From positions 1 through 60,180 of IMG/VR virus record IMGVR_UViG_3300028840_002990: a DNA stretch of 60,180 nucleotides. One strand, written 5' to 3'. The notes below the pieces were generated by a model that saw only the letters and a list, made by a program, of their open reading frames with translations, searched no databases and had not been told where the DNA came from. The first letter of the stretch is position 1; every line of letters starts with the position of its first letter. This document shows, one piece after another, positions 1-8,855 of this stretch. This DNA comes from a virus (lineage: Duplodnaviria > Caudoviricetes). Both the position numbers and the translations under genes were made by a program.

Positions 1-144
1 TTAGGCCGCCCCTTGCCTGAGAATGGGGCAGAAAGGAAACCATGAACGCAAGTATCAAGGTGATGAATAGTTATGATTATTGCCATTTTGAAGTGGCATT
101 ATCAGCCGAAGATGTCTCTCTTGAAGATGTTGACAATCTTCGCA
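1..144. repeat. Terminal direct repeat, left copy (circular assembly overlap)
   Basis: 1-144 is identical to 60037-60180 and splits a gene; unit genome 60,036 bp. Confidence 0.95.
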
Positions 145-383
145 AAGATGCTCAACGGCTGGTAGATAAGGCAATCAAACAGTACAAGATTGCCAAGCGT
201 GTTGCGGCGATTGATCGAACACCATCGCTAGAATTGGAGCGCAAGGTTCAGGCTATCAAAGAAAATTTTCCACAGTCGGAGTGGTCGCCTGAACAGCAAG
301 CATACGTGAAAGAACTTGAAGATCGGAACTTTCGCGCCTCGCTATCTTACGACTACGAAGATGATTGGGAAGATGATTATTAG
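42..383 (+). CDS. Hypothetical protein, cassette B5 cargo
   Basis: 113 aa ORF with AAGGA RBS; flanked by GTTAGGCCGCC (60036 onward) and GGCGGCCTAAC (383-393). Confidence 0.8.
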   Translation: MNASIKVMNSYDYCHFEVALSAEDVSLEDVDNLRKDAQRLVDKAIKQYKIAKRVAAIDRTPSLELERKVQAIKENFPQSEWSPEQQAYVKELEDRNFRASLSYDYEDDWEDDY

Positions 384-410
384 GCGGCCTAACAAAACGT
401 GCAGACGTAA
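383..410 (+). mobile_element. Truncated attC (left half) of cassette B5
   Basis: GGCGGCCTAAC then AAAACGTGCAG resembles the R''-spacer-L'' of the intact sites; no R' follows. Confidence 0.7.
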
Positions 411-430
411 TTCCGGTGAAAGTAGGTATC

Positions 431-658
431 ATGTTCAAGATTGATGTTTGCAAAGTTTGTGGCGTGAATTGCTTTTGGATTGAATGCGTTGACGGTGACT
501 TAGCAGAAAAAGAAGTTTGCTCACCTGAATGTCTGGCGAAATTATCAGTCTGCCCAACACAGCATGCACTTGACGGTGGTACGGGTTCCGTTTTGCATGG
601 AATTTACACAGAAGAAGGATGGATAACCCCGCAAAGGGGCAGGAAGGAAGGTGAATGA
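431..658 (+). CDS. Small Cys-rich hypothetical protein (degenerate cassette)
   Basis: CKVC and CSPEC motifs; reads through an attC left half at 552-578. Confidence 0.6.
   Translation: MFKIDVCKVCGVNCFWIECVDGDLAEKEVCSPECLAKLSVCPTQHALDGGTGSVLHGIYTEEGWITPQRGRKEGE
552..578 (+). mobile_element. attC left-half remnant
   Basis: GCCCAAC-ACAGC-ATGCAC matches the R''/spacer/L'' pattern of 58422 and 59157. Confidence 0.55.
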
Positions 659-749
659 TGGATGAAATAACCCAAAGAAACAACTTTATGAGGATTTTTG
701 TCTTGCCTGATAATTATCCAGAAGGTTTTTTGTTTGGCGGCGCTCCTTT

Positions 750-772
750 GCCGCTAACGCAAACCGTTAGGT
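750..772 (+). mobile_element. attC right-half remnant
   Basis: CCGCTAACGCAAACCGTTAGGT; CTAACGCAAACCGTTAG is identical to the right end of attC B3 (59228-59244). Confidence 0.75.
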
Positions 773-779
773 GGCTTGT

Positions 780-989
780 ATGTGGAAATTAGTGTCAAAA
801 GAAAAACCGCCGATGGAAGATGTCCTTGTATCAACGCCTAGGCATGGTTATTTTGTGGCATGGTGGGCAGAAGATTGGAAAGAATGGTGTTATCCAGGCA
901 GTCGTGATGTTGTCCAGTTGTCCAATCCACTGGATTGTTACTGGCAAGCAATCACGCCACTTTGCAAAGATAACCCCGTAAAAGAATAG
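780..989 (+). CDS. DUF551-like small phage protein, last cassette cargo
   Basis: WKLVSKEKP..VLV..W..W..YWQAITP pattern; starts right after an R' box. Confidence 0.6.
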   Translation: MWKLVSKEKPPMEDVLVSTPRHGYFVAWWAEDWKEWCYPGSRDVVQLSNPLDCYWQAITPLCKDNPVKE

Positions 990-1001
990 GAGAAAAGAGC
1001 A

Positions 1002-1418
1002 ATGAGAATGAATACACTTGACATGGACGTTGCAAGCCTCGAAAAAATGGATGCGCTTGCTTTTGCGTTGAACAATACCCGCAGATCAAAGGGGCAGGAA
1101 GTTGGTAACGTTTCAAACATCGCCCGGTTGCTGATTGATTTTGCTCGTGATAGGGAGGATGCCTTTGATGGGTGGTTTGCCCTGGTGGGCATAGATCAAA
1201 AAGGGGAACGGAAAAGTTTCAGTTTCCAAGCCCCCGATGAGGTTTCAGACTGGCTTTCGGAAAAGGCAAAGGATTTGAAAATCCTTCGCCGCAGGGACGG
1301 GAAGAAACAGCCGAATGTGTCTAAACTGGTACGGTTGATCGCCAAGTTTGCCTTTGACAATAAGCCTACCCTCAAGTTGTGGTTGCTTGACAGGATTGAG
1401 GATGCGTTGCCGGAATGA
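1002..1418 (+). CDS. Putative tandem ribbon-helix-helix DNA-binding protein
   Basis: Internal repeat NVSNIARLLIDFA / NVSKLVRLIAKFA, each preceded by a short beta-like segment. Confidence 0.45.
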   Translation: MRMNTLDMDVASLEKMDALAFALNNTRRSKGQEVGNVSNIARLLIDFARDREDAFDGWFALVGIDQKGERKSFSFQAPDEVSDWLSEKAKDLKILRRRDGKKQPNVSKLVRLIAKFAFDNKPTLKLWLLDRIEDALPE

Positions 1419-2071
1419 GAAATATGTCATTCGCTCTTACCCCGAATCAATACAAAAGCGGCCTGAAAACTGTTACCCGGCGCAATGGTTGGAAGTTTGC
1501 AAAACCCGGTCAGATATGCCGGGGGGTGAATAAGGTAATGGGTTTCAAGAGGGGCGAAAAGCCTGTTGAATATGGGCAACACGTTTTTCTAGACTCACGC
1601 TTTGAACCGTTGCGAAGGTTGATTGATGTTCCCAAATATGGGGAAATCGAAATGGTGCTTGAAGGTTTTCCCGGTACTCCCCCGGAAGAATTTGTAGAAA
1701 TGTACTGTAAGCACAACAAGGTTACACCTGAAACCGAAGTAAATAGAATTGAATTTCGCCGCCTTTTGAACATGGGAGAAATCCCCCCAACCCCGCCTCC
1801 CTTCAAGTGCCCGATTTGCAAGGCAGATATTGAAATTACAGAAATTGACTCATGGATAGAAACCGGATTTCCGGGAATTTTCAAAGCTGATCATGTTTCT
1901 ATTGATTGTGTAATGTCGCCTAATATTGACTCTCCTGATTGGGAAGATTGGATTGGTTGGCATTGGTCAACGCCTTATGTGGATTGGTATGTGGATTGGT
2001 TGCCTGTTTCTCACCTTGTGGAGCGTTGGGTAAATCGTCATTGGCGGTTTGTTGACAATAAAGCATCTTGA
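1415..2071 (+). CDS. ASCH-like domain protein with C-terminal extension
   Basis: MSFALT..GLKTVTRRNGW..KPG ASCH signature; ATGA overlap with the upstream stop. Confidence 0.7.
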   Translation: MRNMSFALTPNQYKSGLKTVTRRNGWKFAKPGQICRGVNKVMGFKRGEKPVEYGQHVFLDSRFEPLRRLIDVPKYGEIEMVLEGFPGTPPEEFVEMYCKHNKVTPETEVNRIEFRRLLNMGEIPPTPPPFKCPICKADIEITEIDSWIETGFPGIFKADHVSIDCVMSPNIDSPDWEDWIGWHWSTPYVDWYVDWLPVSHLVERWVNRHWRFVDNKAS

Positions 2072-2126
2072 CACATTCTCTGTTTTGTAGTAAGATTCTC
2101 TATATAAACCATCCACAAAATAGGAG
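2068..2126 (+). promoter_or_regulatory. Sigma70-type promoter with conserved AAACCATCCA..TAGGAG leader
   Basis: TTGACA-17-TAAGAT; leader motif at 2106-2126. Confidence 0.75.
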
Positions 2127-2131
2127 ATATT

Positions 2132-2494
2132 ATGACTAAACGCGCAATTGGAATTTTCAACGGAAATAGCCGACATGCTCAATATGCCCGTGAGATCAAT
2201 GCCCAAATTGATTCAGAGCGGGAAATCTTTCTTCTGGATTTTGGCGATGCCCTAAACGAATTGAAATCGCTTGATTCTGGTTGGGAAGAATGGTATGACA
2301 ATCGCCCTGAACAAAAATTACGTGAATTGTATCCTCTTATCGTAGAGCGGGTAAAGATGTTGAAAGCATTACAGGTTGAGGCGGTAGAAGTTGACCTTGA
2401 TCATATCCCCCCCAAGCCCCTGAAAGAAATGACGCCCGAAGAACAAAAAGAATGGTTTGAGAATGTTGAGCCTGTGGAGGTGGGTAATGACTAA
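2132..2494 (+). CDS. Hypothetical early protein
   Basis: 120 aa ORF with strong RBS behind a promoter. Confidence 0.75.
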   Translation: MTKRAIGIFNGNSRHAQYAREINAQIDSEREIFLLDFGDALNELKSLDSGWEEWYDNRPEQKLRELYPLIVERVKMLKALQVEAVEVDLDHIPPKPLKEMTPEEQKEWFENVEPVEVGND

Positions 2495-2990
2495 ACCTCG
2501 TGCATTCCGGCACTACTGCGGGGAGTTGGTTTTTGCTGAGATTTTCATTGCCCCGGACGGTGAAACAATCCCCGCTTTTTTCCCCAAAACAGATCGTGAG
2601 GGGGTAGGGGTTCCAGTTCACAATTGCCCCGGATGCCGAGAAATCCTGAACATTGACTTTTGCGGGAGTCCTTACTTGGTTGAGCCTATGCCTTATGAGG
2701 TTGCGGCGAGAACTGAGAATCACCGTCATTGTTCTAACTGTTGGCAAATGGATTGGGAAATCCTGCCTGCTACAAGCCCGACCGGGGATGACATTGGAAA
2801 TTATTTATTGTGCCGCCATTGCCGGGAGGACACTATTGGATATGTGAGCTATCAATTTGTATTGACTCAACAGTCTGAGGATTATCTAATCTATTCCCGA
2901 AATAGAGAGGCGATTTCCGAGGCGTTGAATATTCCCCTGCCTGAGCCAATCAGGACGATAGGGGAAAATCTAAAAGATTTAGGATTCTAG
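2487..2990 (+). CDS. Cys-rich (Zn-binding) hypothetical protein
   Basis: HYC, CPGC, CSNC and CRHC motifs; GGAGG RBS. Confidence 0.7.
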   Translation: MTKPRAFRHYCGELVFAEIFIAPDGETIPAFFPKTDREGVGVPVHNCPGCREILNIDFCGSPYLVEPMPYEVAARTENHRHCSNCWQMDWEILPATSPTGDDIGNYLLCRHCREDTIGYVSYQFVLTQQSEDYLIYSRNREAISEALNIPLPEPIRTIGENLKDLGF

Positions 2991-3000
2991 GAGAAAAAAG

Positions 3001-4242
3001 ATGCCTATCAGAAATATTGACTTACGAAAGCAACATTTGCCAAAGATCATGAACATTCGCAAGGGAATCAAAGTGCCAGTGATGGACAGAAAGACGAATA
3101 AACCCAAACTAGATGAACGGACGGGGGAGATTGTTACAAGGCCGAAAGAAGTTTCTTATTTCGTTTTTCACTTTGATGACAGTGATGACGAAACGAAATC
3201 AATTATTGAAAGCGTGTACGGGGATGAACCGGACAAAATAAACGCATTCTTGGCCTATGACGATAAAGATAAGACCTGGGATTACTGGTTTGAGGCTTAC
3301 ATTTATGGTCAATTGGTTGCCCGGTCTGACGGGGTAGTTATCACCCTGTTGTTCGATATAACGAATGGTCAACGCTTGATCGAGCGCGGTCAGGTTTGCG
3401 CTATCCCTGACAATCCCGAAAGCACAGCCGGGAGATTGATTGTTGATAACAATCTTGGAGTTGGTGATATTCTCAGCTATTACGAGGATATGGTTGTTGC
3501 AACTACTCAGTCAGGCAGGGCGGTTACATTTGATGCCGTTGGTCGGTTGAGTATTATCATTCCAGAGGTCGGACGCTATGCAACCGCAACTGTTCATACT
3601 GGTGGCTTATGGCATGATGTCCCTCATATCACCGAAATGGTTGAGAGGGTTTTTGAGATCGCCTCTGGTATCAATCGCCCCCCGAATCTTATTCCCGTCA
3701 TCTTGACGCGAGTTCCATATGAAATGAGCTATAAAGACCCGGATGGAAAGGCGCATAAGCGGACAACCTGGAATATTCAAATGGAGATTGCCCCGCAGAT
3801 TTTCAAAGGCTTGCTCAAGGCTTATCATGATACCCCGGTGGCCTTGCTTGCGGCTGAACCGCCTCCGCAACTTGCGCCTCCTGTTGATATGTTTGGAGAG
3901 AATGAACCTACCTCTCCCTACTTGGTTGATGGGGTATCCGAAGATTGGCAAGATGATGTAGTTTCTCAGAATCAGGGAGAGCCGCCGATTGAACAAGAAT
4001 CAAAGGCAATCCCCCGGAAACCATCCAAGCGCGAAACAGAAAAACCAAGTGGCCCTGTGGGTATCCTGATGGATTTGGACGAAGAATTGAATACTTTCCG
4101 CGCCGCGAATATCGCAACCAAGTTACAGTTGACATCCGATATGAGCATAGAGGTCATTGATAATCTATATTCAAGTTATCGAACTTTGCGCGATAATGAT
4201 GAATATAGCCCGGACGAAGCCGCCGCAATGGTGCTTGATTAG
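3001..4242 (+). CDS. Gp3-like (recombination directionality factor-like) replication/recombination protein
   Basis: IRKG..RPK..YFVF N-terminus resembles the phiC31 gp3-like family; acidic tail. Confidence 0.5.
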   Translation: MPIRNIDLRKQHLPKIMNIRKGIKVPVMDRKTNKPKLDERTGEIVTRPKEVSYFVFHFDDSDDETKSIIESVYGDEPDKINAFLAYDDKDKTWDYWFEAYIYGQLVARSDGVVITLLFDITNGQRLIERGQVCAIPDNPESTAGRLIVDNNLGVGDILSYYEDMVVATTQSGRAVTFDAVGRLSIIIPEVGRYATATVHTGGLWHDVPHITEMVERVFEIASGINRPPNLIPVILTRVPYEMSYKDPDGKAHKRTTWNIQMEIAPQIFKGLLKAYHDTPVALLAAEPPPQLAPPVDMFGENEPTSPYLVDGVSEDWQDDVVSQNQGEPPIEQESKAIPRKPSKRETEKPSGPVGILMDLDEELNTFRAANIATKLQLTSDMSIEVIDNLYSSYRTLRDNDEYSPDEAAAMVLD

Positions 4243-4272
4243 TTCTCAAAACCTGCAAGACAGGTAGAGAAT

Positions 4273-4309
4273 CCCGCTCCCCCCCCTCTTGGCTCGGAGG
4301 GGAGCGGGG
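4273..4309 (+). other. GC-rich stem-loop (terminator or processing site)
   Basis: CCCGCTCCCC / GGGGAGCGGG inverted repeat, no U-tract. Confidence 0.45.
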
Positions 4310-4322
4310 CAAGGAAAATAGC

Positions 4323-4430
4323 ATGAATAAAGAAATCCCATTTTTGGCAATCCTGCTTATGGCAATCGTGAAAGTGATTGCTTGGGTTGTAGATTCGATT
4401 TTCACAATATTCAGAATAGGAGTAAGGTAA
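4323..4430 (+). CDS. 35 aa hydrophobic peptide
   Basis: AAGGA RBS; MNKEIPFLAILLMAIVKVIAWVVDSIFTIFRIGVR; below the ORF-track cutoff. Confidence 0.5.
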   Translation: MNKEIPFLAILLMAIVKVIAWVVDSIFTIFRIGVR

Positions 4431-4433
4431 ACA

Positions 4434-4730
4434 ATGAGTGACATTCAAAAATTGCTGAAGCAGTACGCAGAAGTTCAAAACCAGATCGAGGAAATGAAAT
4501 CAGAATTCCCCCAACTGGCAGAGGCCGAAAAAGAGGCCAGTGATCTTAGGAAAGAGATTCAGGCATACGCCAAAGAGAACGGGGAAGTGGAGGGGGAAGG
4601 TTTTCAAGTCAAGGTTTACGAGCGGGTTTCGTGGGATACAAAGAAACTGCCCGGATTTGCCGCCGCTTATCCTGGCCTGAATGATTTGAAAAGCACAATC
4701 AAGGTTGCCAGTATTCGCAAGGTGAAATGA
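4434..4730 (+). CDS. Hypothetical coiled-coil protein
   Basis: 98 aa ORF, GGAG RBS. Confidence 0.75.
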   Translation: MSDIQKLLKQYAEVQNQIEEMKSEFPQLAEAEKEASDLRKEIQAYAKENGEVEGEGFQVKVYERVSWDTKKLPGFAAAYPGLNDLKSTIKVASIRKVK

Positions 4731-5152
4731 AACCAGAAACTAAAAAACGTATTGAAAAGATGCTCAAAGATAAACGGTACTGGAATGTCAAAAGGGGGAA
4801 AAGAGAGATTGATTTCAACCGGGTTATTGGAGCAATCAGAGAGATTCAAGAGGGGAAATTTTATGATTCTTATTATTGGCCTCGTGTGGTTTGCTTTTGC
4901 TCTTTGGTCAAATCAAGGCATAGAGACAAGGATTGGCAGGCAATCAGGTTTGGATATAACAAACTTATATTTTGTGATTGGTCTTATGAAATTGATTTGG
5001 TAGGGTGGTTTGAGTTTCTTTACAGGGAGAAAATGGAGTCTAAGTGGGGGGAATGGTTTGACATCCCCTCGAAGCAAGAAATCCAAGATTTAGCTCCGTT
5101 GGTTTTAGATCAAGAATTTGAAGATGGGGCAAAACAACCCGCTTTTCTCTAA
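4727..5152 (+). CDS. Hypothetical protein
   Basis: 141 aa ORF, ATGA overlap. Confidence 0.7.
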   Translation: MKPETKKRIEKMLKDKRYWNVKRGKREIDFNRVIGAIREIQEGKFYDSYYWPRVVCFCSLVKSRHRDKDWQAIRFGYNKLIFCDWSYEIDLVGWFEFLYREKMESKWGEWFDIPSKQEIQDLAPLVLDQEFEDGAKQPAFL

Positions 5153-5173
5153 CCTATTTCTAATGAAACATTC

Positions 5174-5233
5174 TTGACAAATAAGCAGTTATGCACTATC
5201 CTTACGGCATCAAAACCATCCAAAACTTAGGAG
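5174..5233 (+). promoter_or_regulatory. Sigma70-type promoter with conserved leader
   Basis: TTGACA-17-TATCCT; AAACCATCCA 5213-5222; TAGGAG 5228-5233. Confidence 0.7.
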
Positions 5234-5242
5234 AAACAAAAA

Positions 5243-5812
5243 ATGAAAACTCGTTGGATACCAGAAAACTTTACTCAGGAATTACTCCCGGAAGATGCCC
5301 CTAATATCGTGGTTTATCTCTATGAGAACCGAAAAGGGAAACCCTGTGCGGTGGCATACAGAGACAAGAAAAGCAAGCCTCTTTTCAATTATGCCTATGG
5401 GAACGAAAAAGCCCGGTTGAACCATCTGAACCAAGAAAGAAAATGGTGGGCGCGGGATTGGGAGCAGAGACAGGCGTACCAAGCTAAAAAGGCCGCTCCG
5501 AGCGAATTACAACCCGGTGACATCGTTTATGTTACATGGGGATATGATCAAACCAACGTAGACTTTTACGAGGTCTTGAGCCTGACCAAAACCCGCAAGA
5601 GCGCACGAATCAGACAGTTGGAAACCGCAACAAAAGAGTCATCCCCCTTAGCAATGAGTGGATACGCTACCCCGGTTTTAGGGAAGTACGAAGGGAAAGT
5701 GGAAACCCGGCGCACAGTTGGCAAGGATGGGGTACATACAGATGTTAGTGCTTATGGTGGGGCGGCAAAGCGGTGGAACGGTCAACCCGTAGCTTGCTCA
5801 TGGGATTTCTAG
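5243..5812 (+). CDS. Conserved phage early hypothetical protein
   Basis: GDI.Y..WGYDQTNVDFYEV motif, recurrent in phage early genes. Confidence 0.75.
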   Translation: MKTRWIPENFTQELLPEDAPNIVVYLYENRKGKPCAVAYRDKKSKPLFNYAYGNEKARLNHLNQERKWWARDWEQRQAYQAKKAAPSELQPGDIVYVTWGYDQTNVDFYEVLSLTKTRKSARIRQLETATKESSPLAMSGYATPVLGKYEGKVETRRTVGKDGVHTDVSAYGGAAKRWNGQPVACSWDF

Positions 5813-5817
5813 GAGAA

Positions 5818-6084
5818 ATGAAAATGAAAATCTTCGAGAATACCGAATATTATTGTGGGGGGGCGGTTTGGGGGTTGGTTCATAAAGACCAACCCAACCC
5901 GGATGAAGTCAGGGTAAATGTATACGGTAATTGTAATGAGGTTACTGTATTCGCCCGTTACGAATTTGAGAATTGGCTTAGGGAAGATGTTATTCGCCCT
6001 ATTTGTGGGATATGCAAAGAACCGCAAAATTATCAGGCATTTCCCCATCACGTCAAAACTCACTTGGTAAAGGTGCATGGTTAG
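5818..6084 (+). CDS. Hypothetical protein with C2H2-like motif
   Basis: CGIC..HVKTH; TAGGAG RBS. Confidence 0.65.
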   Translation: MKMKIFENTEYYCGGAVWGLVHKDQPNPDEVRVNVYGNCNEVTVFARYEFENWLREDVIRPICGICKEPQNYQAFPHHVKTHLVKVHG

Positions 6085-6090
6085 GAGAAA

Positions 6091-6444
6091 ATGAAAATGA
6101 TAACAACAGAAGAACACAAAGCAATTGCAACAGAAATCTTGAGACAATTGGGGGGAAACAAGTTCAAGGTTATGACCGGGGCATATCAACCCCTAGCACT
6201 TGACAATACCCCTCATGGTGGCCTGCAAATCAGATTCAAGGGAAGCAGGAAAGCGAATTGTCTACGGGTGATCGTTGACGCGATGGATACTTACACGGTT
6301 GAATTTTGGCGACTCCCGCGTAAAATTCCGAAGAAACAACCGAAGCCCGTAAAGGTTTATGAAGGTGTTTATAATGATATGCTTCAAGACATTTTCAAAG
6401 ATGTCACAGGTTTGGAAACTTCATTAGGCACTTTAGGACGATAG
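6091..6444 (+). CDS. Conserved phage hypothetical protein
   Basis: IL.QLGGNKF..MTGA and DTY.VEF motifs. Confidence 0.75.
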   Translation: MKMITTEEHKAIATEILRQLGGNKFKVMTGAYQPLALDNTPHGGLQIRFKGSRKANCLRVIVDAMDTYTVEFWRLPRKIPKKQPKPVKVYEGVYNDMLQDIFKDVTGLETSLGTLGR

Positions 6445-6595
6445 GAGAAGGGAGCGTGATTGGTATATCTCGCGCATGTGATAATTGCGGCAACCCTATA
6501 CAGGATACAGATGAAATCCTGTGAAGGTGACGATATTTTCCCATTCTAATCTCTGAATACATGGTATATTAGGCATATTAGAGAAGGAGTCTAAT

Positions 6596-7144
6596 ATGCC
6601 TAAATCACCCCTAAAAGAGATTGAAAATATCCGTTTGAGATTGTCAGGAGGTAAAGGGTCTGGACATCATGGGCATAAGGGCAGGCCGGGAAAACGCGGG
6701 GGGAGTACGCCGAGGGGAGGCGGTGGAACTGCAACCAAAACCAAAGCCCCAAAGACCTATGAAGGTGTTTATAAGAAGCTCATAGAACAGGGAGGGTTTA
6801 CCTACCAACCCATTTATGACATTTGGCCTGAAACCGGGTTCATGGTTTCTCCCTATTCCGAGCGAGAAAAAGTCATTCCCATGAGCGCATTTTCCCGGCG
6901 TGACTTGCGAAAGTATGTCAATCAGAATGCTGACCTGCTAGGTAAGGATGACCATTATTTAGGCGGTTGGGTCTATGAAGGGAATGCCTATCTTGATATA
7001 AGTATCCGCTCGGACACTAAAGAGCAGGCAAACCGAATTGCTAAAGAGAATAATCAAATTGCTTTTTTTGATCTGTCAGAAATGGAAGAAATCAAGACGA
7101 ATATCTTGAGAACTATCAACCTAATTAGGAGAAAATTGTTATGA
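6596..7144 (+). CDS. Putative head-packaged protein with GGKGSG..GH.GRPGK.GGS tag
   Basis: N-terminal tag shared with 32888-33487; GGW..YLDIS..NQIAFFDL domain. Confidence 0.65.
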   Translation: MPKSPLKEIENIRLRLSGGKGSGHHGHKGRPGKRGGSTPRGGGGTATKTKAPKTYEGVYKKLIEQGGFTYQPIYDIWPETGFMVSPYSEREKVIPMSAFSRRDLRKYVNQNADLLGKDDHYLGGWVYEGNAYLDISIRSDTKEQANRIAKENNQIAFFDLSEMEEIKTNILRTINLIRRKLL

Positions 7145-7329
7145 CGACAAACCAGAAACCACAATTGCATTTATCATCCCCCAAAGACCGAAGTTTTGAG
7201 GCTTACCGGGATTGGATAAATAAAATGGGGGATGCCCTGAAACTTCCCCCGGATGATTCCAGCGTAGAGGAATTACAAGCGGATTGGAAGGAATTTTGGG
7301 AATCCTATGACGCAAAAAACAAAGTCTAA
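7141..7329 (+). CDS. Small acidic protein coupled to the 6596 gene
   Basis: TAGGAG RBS, ATGA overlap. Confidence 0.65.
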   Translation: MTTNQKPQLHLSSPKDRSFEAYRDWINKMGDALKLPPDDSSVEELQADWKEFWESYDAKNKV

Positions 7330-7981
7330 GCCTCCCGCGAAAAAGGAAGAAAACGAATCCCTGTACTATGTGGAAATCCCCGCAGATGTACGGGATTCGT
7401 TCGTAAAACTAGGGAAGCGAAAATTATCAATTGTTGCCTTTGGTATCAAGAGGGCAAGTCAATTTCAACATCACCCAAACAACCCAAAAAACCATCCTGA
7501 ATTTCAACAAAGGGTTGTAGAGGGTTCCTTGAATTCGTTGGGCTGGATTGATACCCCTATCGAGAATCGTACTACTGGCAACTTGGTGGATGGTCATGAG
7601 CGGGTTTGGAATGCCTTGAAACATGACGACTCTCCTGTGCCTTACTTTCAAGTTGATTTGACAAAAGACGAAGAGGCCCAGGCTCTTTTATCCATTGACC
7701 CGATAGCGGCAATGGCTGAAACAGATCAAGAGCAAGTTGATACTCTTTTGAAGCAAGTCGCAGTTGACGACCCGGATTTGATGATATTCATGGAAAGTTT
7801 GGGAACGGGGAACGGGGGGGGAGATATGGCTAGAGGCTTTGAGCAAAAAGAAGAATTGAAGCCTTTCAAGATGGTCAGGGTCTTGATTAGTTTCCCGATT
7901 GACTCGGCGGTTTTCGCCTCGGAGTTGATAGACCAACTGCAAGAGGTAGAAGGGATTGAAATTGATTATGGGGCTAATTAG
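7307..7981 (+). CDS. ParB/Srx-like N-terminal domain protein
   Basis: HPNNPKNH..SL...GW..P..N..TG.LVDGHER. Confidence 0.75.
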   Translation: MTQKTKSKPPAKKEENESLYYVEIPADVRDSFVKLGKRKLSIVAFGIKRASQFQHHPNNPKNHPEFQQRVVEGSLNSLGWIDTPIENRTTGNLVDGHERVWNALKHDDSPVPYFQVDLTKDEEAQALLSIDPIAAMAETDQEQVDTLLKQVAVDDPDLMIFMESLGTGNGGGDMARGFEQKEELKPFKMVRVLISFPIDSAVFASELIDQLQEVEGIEIDYGAN

Positions 7982-8522
7982 AAAGCAACTAAAAAAAACG
8001 GATAATGCTCATTTGCTTGATAAAGTGTACATTCGGAGCAAGCACTTACCAGAAGCCCCGGTTGTATTGGATTGTTTTGCAGGCGAGGGGGCGATCTGGC
8101 AGCGGGTAAAGGAGGAAAACCCGGATAAGAAAATCATCACCTTATCCATAGAGAAGATCAAAGAAAAAGGCGGCTTTCACTTAGTTGGGGACAATACCCG
8201 CTTTCTATCCGCTCTTGATTTATCGGTTTACAATGTGATTGACCTTGACTCTTATAGTATCCCCTATGACCAATTGAAAATCTTGTTTGACCGGGAGTAC
8301 AAGGGAATTGTTTTTTTTACTTTTATTCAAGCGGGGGTTGGTGAATTGCCTCACAAGATGCTTTTGGAAATTGGGTTTAGCAAGGATATTTTATCTAAGG
8401 CTAGGATTTTATGTATGCGTAGAGGCTGGCAATATTTCTTGTCTTATCTGTCTCTACATGGGGTTTCGGAAGTCACTTATATAAACCACCATCGCAAATA
8501 CTATGGGTATTTTGTCATGTAA
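7968..8522 (+). CDS. SAM-dependent methyltransferase-like protein
   Basis: VLDCFAGEG motif I; VIDLDSY motif IV-like. Confidence 0.65.
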   Translation: MGLIRKQLKKTDNAHLLDKVYIRSKHLPEAPVVLDCFAGEGAIWQRVKEENPDKKIITLSIEKIKEKGGFHLVGDNTRFLSALDLSVYNVIDLDSYSIPYDQLKILFDREYKGIVFFTFIQAGVGELPHKMLLEIGFSKDILSKARILCMRRGWQYFLSYLSLHGVSEVTYINHHRKYYGYFVM

Positions 8523-8527
8523 TTTAC

Positions 8528-8590
8528 TTGACAGATAAGGGGAAATAGAGTAAAATCCTTATATACAAAAACCATCTAATCAATAGGAGA
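8528..8590 (+). promoter_or_regulatory. Sigma70-type promoter with conserved leader
   Basis: TTGACA-17-TAAAAT; AAACCATCTA; TAGGAG. Confidence 0.75.
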
Positions 8591-8594
8591 AAGA

Positions 8595-8828
8595 ATGAAA
8601 TTACAACTTTTTGGTAAGATTTTCCACTTGAATGTTTTAGTCAAAGCGAGGGTTGAAAAAGCCCCTACTGACCATCCCTATATTGTAGGAAATTTGAGAA
8701 CCGTTGAGACTCTAACTAACAGATGGGAAATTGTTGAGGACGATAATAGGAAACGTTACCTATTTCATGCCAAGTGCGATGTTATAGCAGAGGATGGTAA
8801 ATGTATTCTCTGCGGCGAAGTTAGATAA
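8595..8828 (+). CDS. Hypothetical protein
   Basis: 77 aa ORF after promoter and RBS. Confidence 0.7.
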   Translation: MKLQLFGKIFHLNVLVKARVEKAPTDHPYIVGNLRTVETLTNRWEIVEDDNRKRYLFHAKCDVIAEDGKCILCGEVR

Positions 8829-8855
8829 CCATCCAATCAATAGGAGAAATTGAGA

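Noticed and set aside
1-144. 144 bp terminal repeat as a biological packaging DTR
   Set aside because: It splits a gene and is best explained as circular assembly overlap; physical ends cannot be inferred.
552-772. One long 221 bp attC
   Set aside because: The L'' (GCATGCAC) and L' (GCTAACGC) boxes do not pair and the interior is not palindromic; treated as two half-sites.
1976-1999. 12 bp tandem duplication TATGTGGATTGG (YVDW x2)
   Set aside because: In-frame slippage or assembly duplication with no sign of function.
3001-4242. Integrase for the cassette arrays
   Set aside because: No tyrosine recombinase R..HxxR..Y pattern or serine recombinase motif seen here or in any other ORF; an HMM search is still needed to exclude a divergent one.
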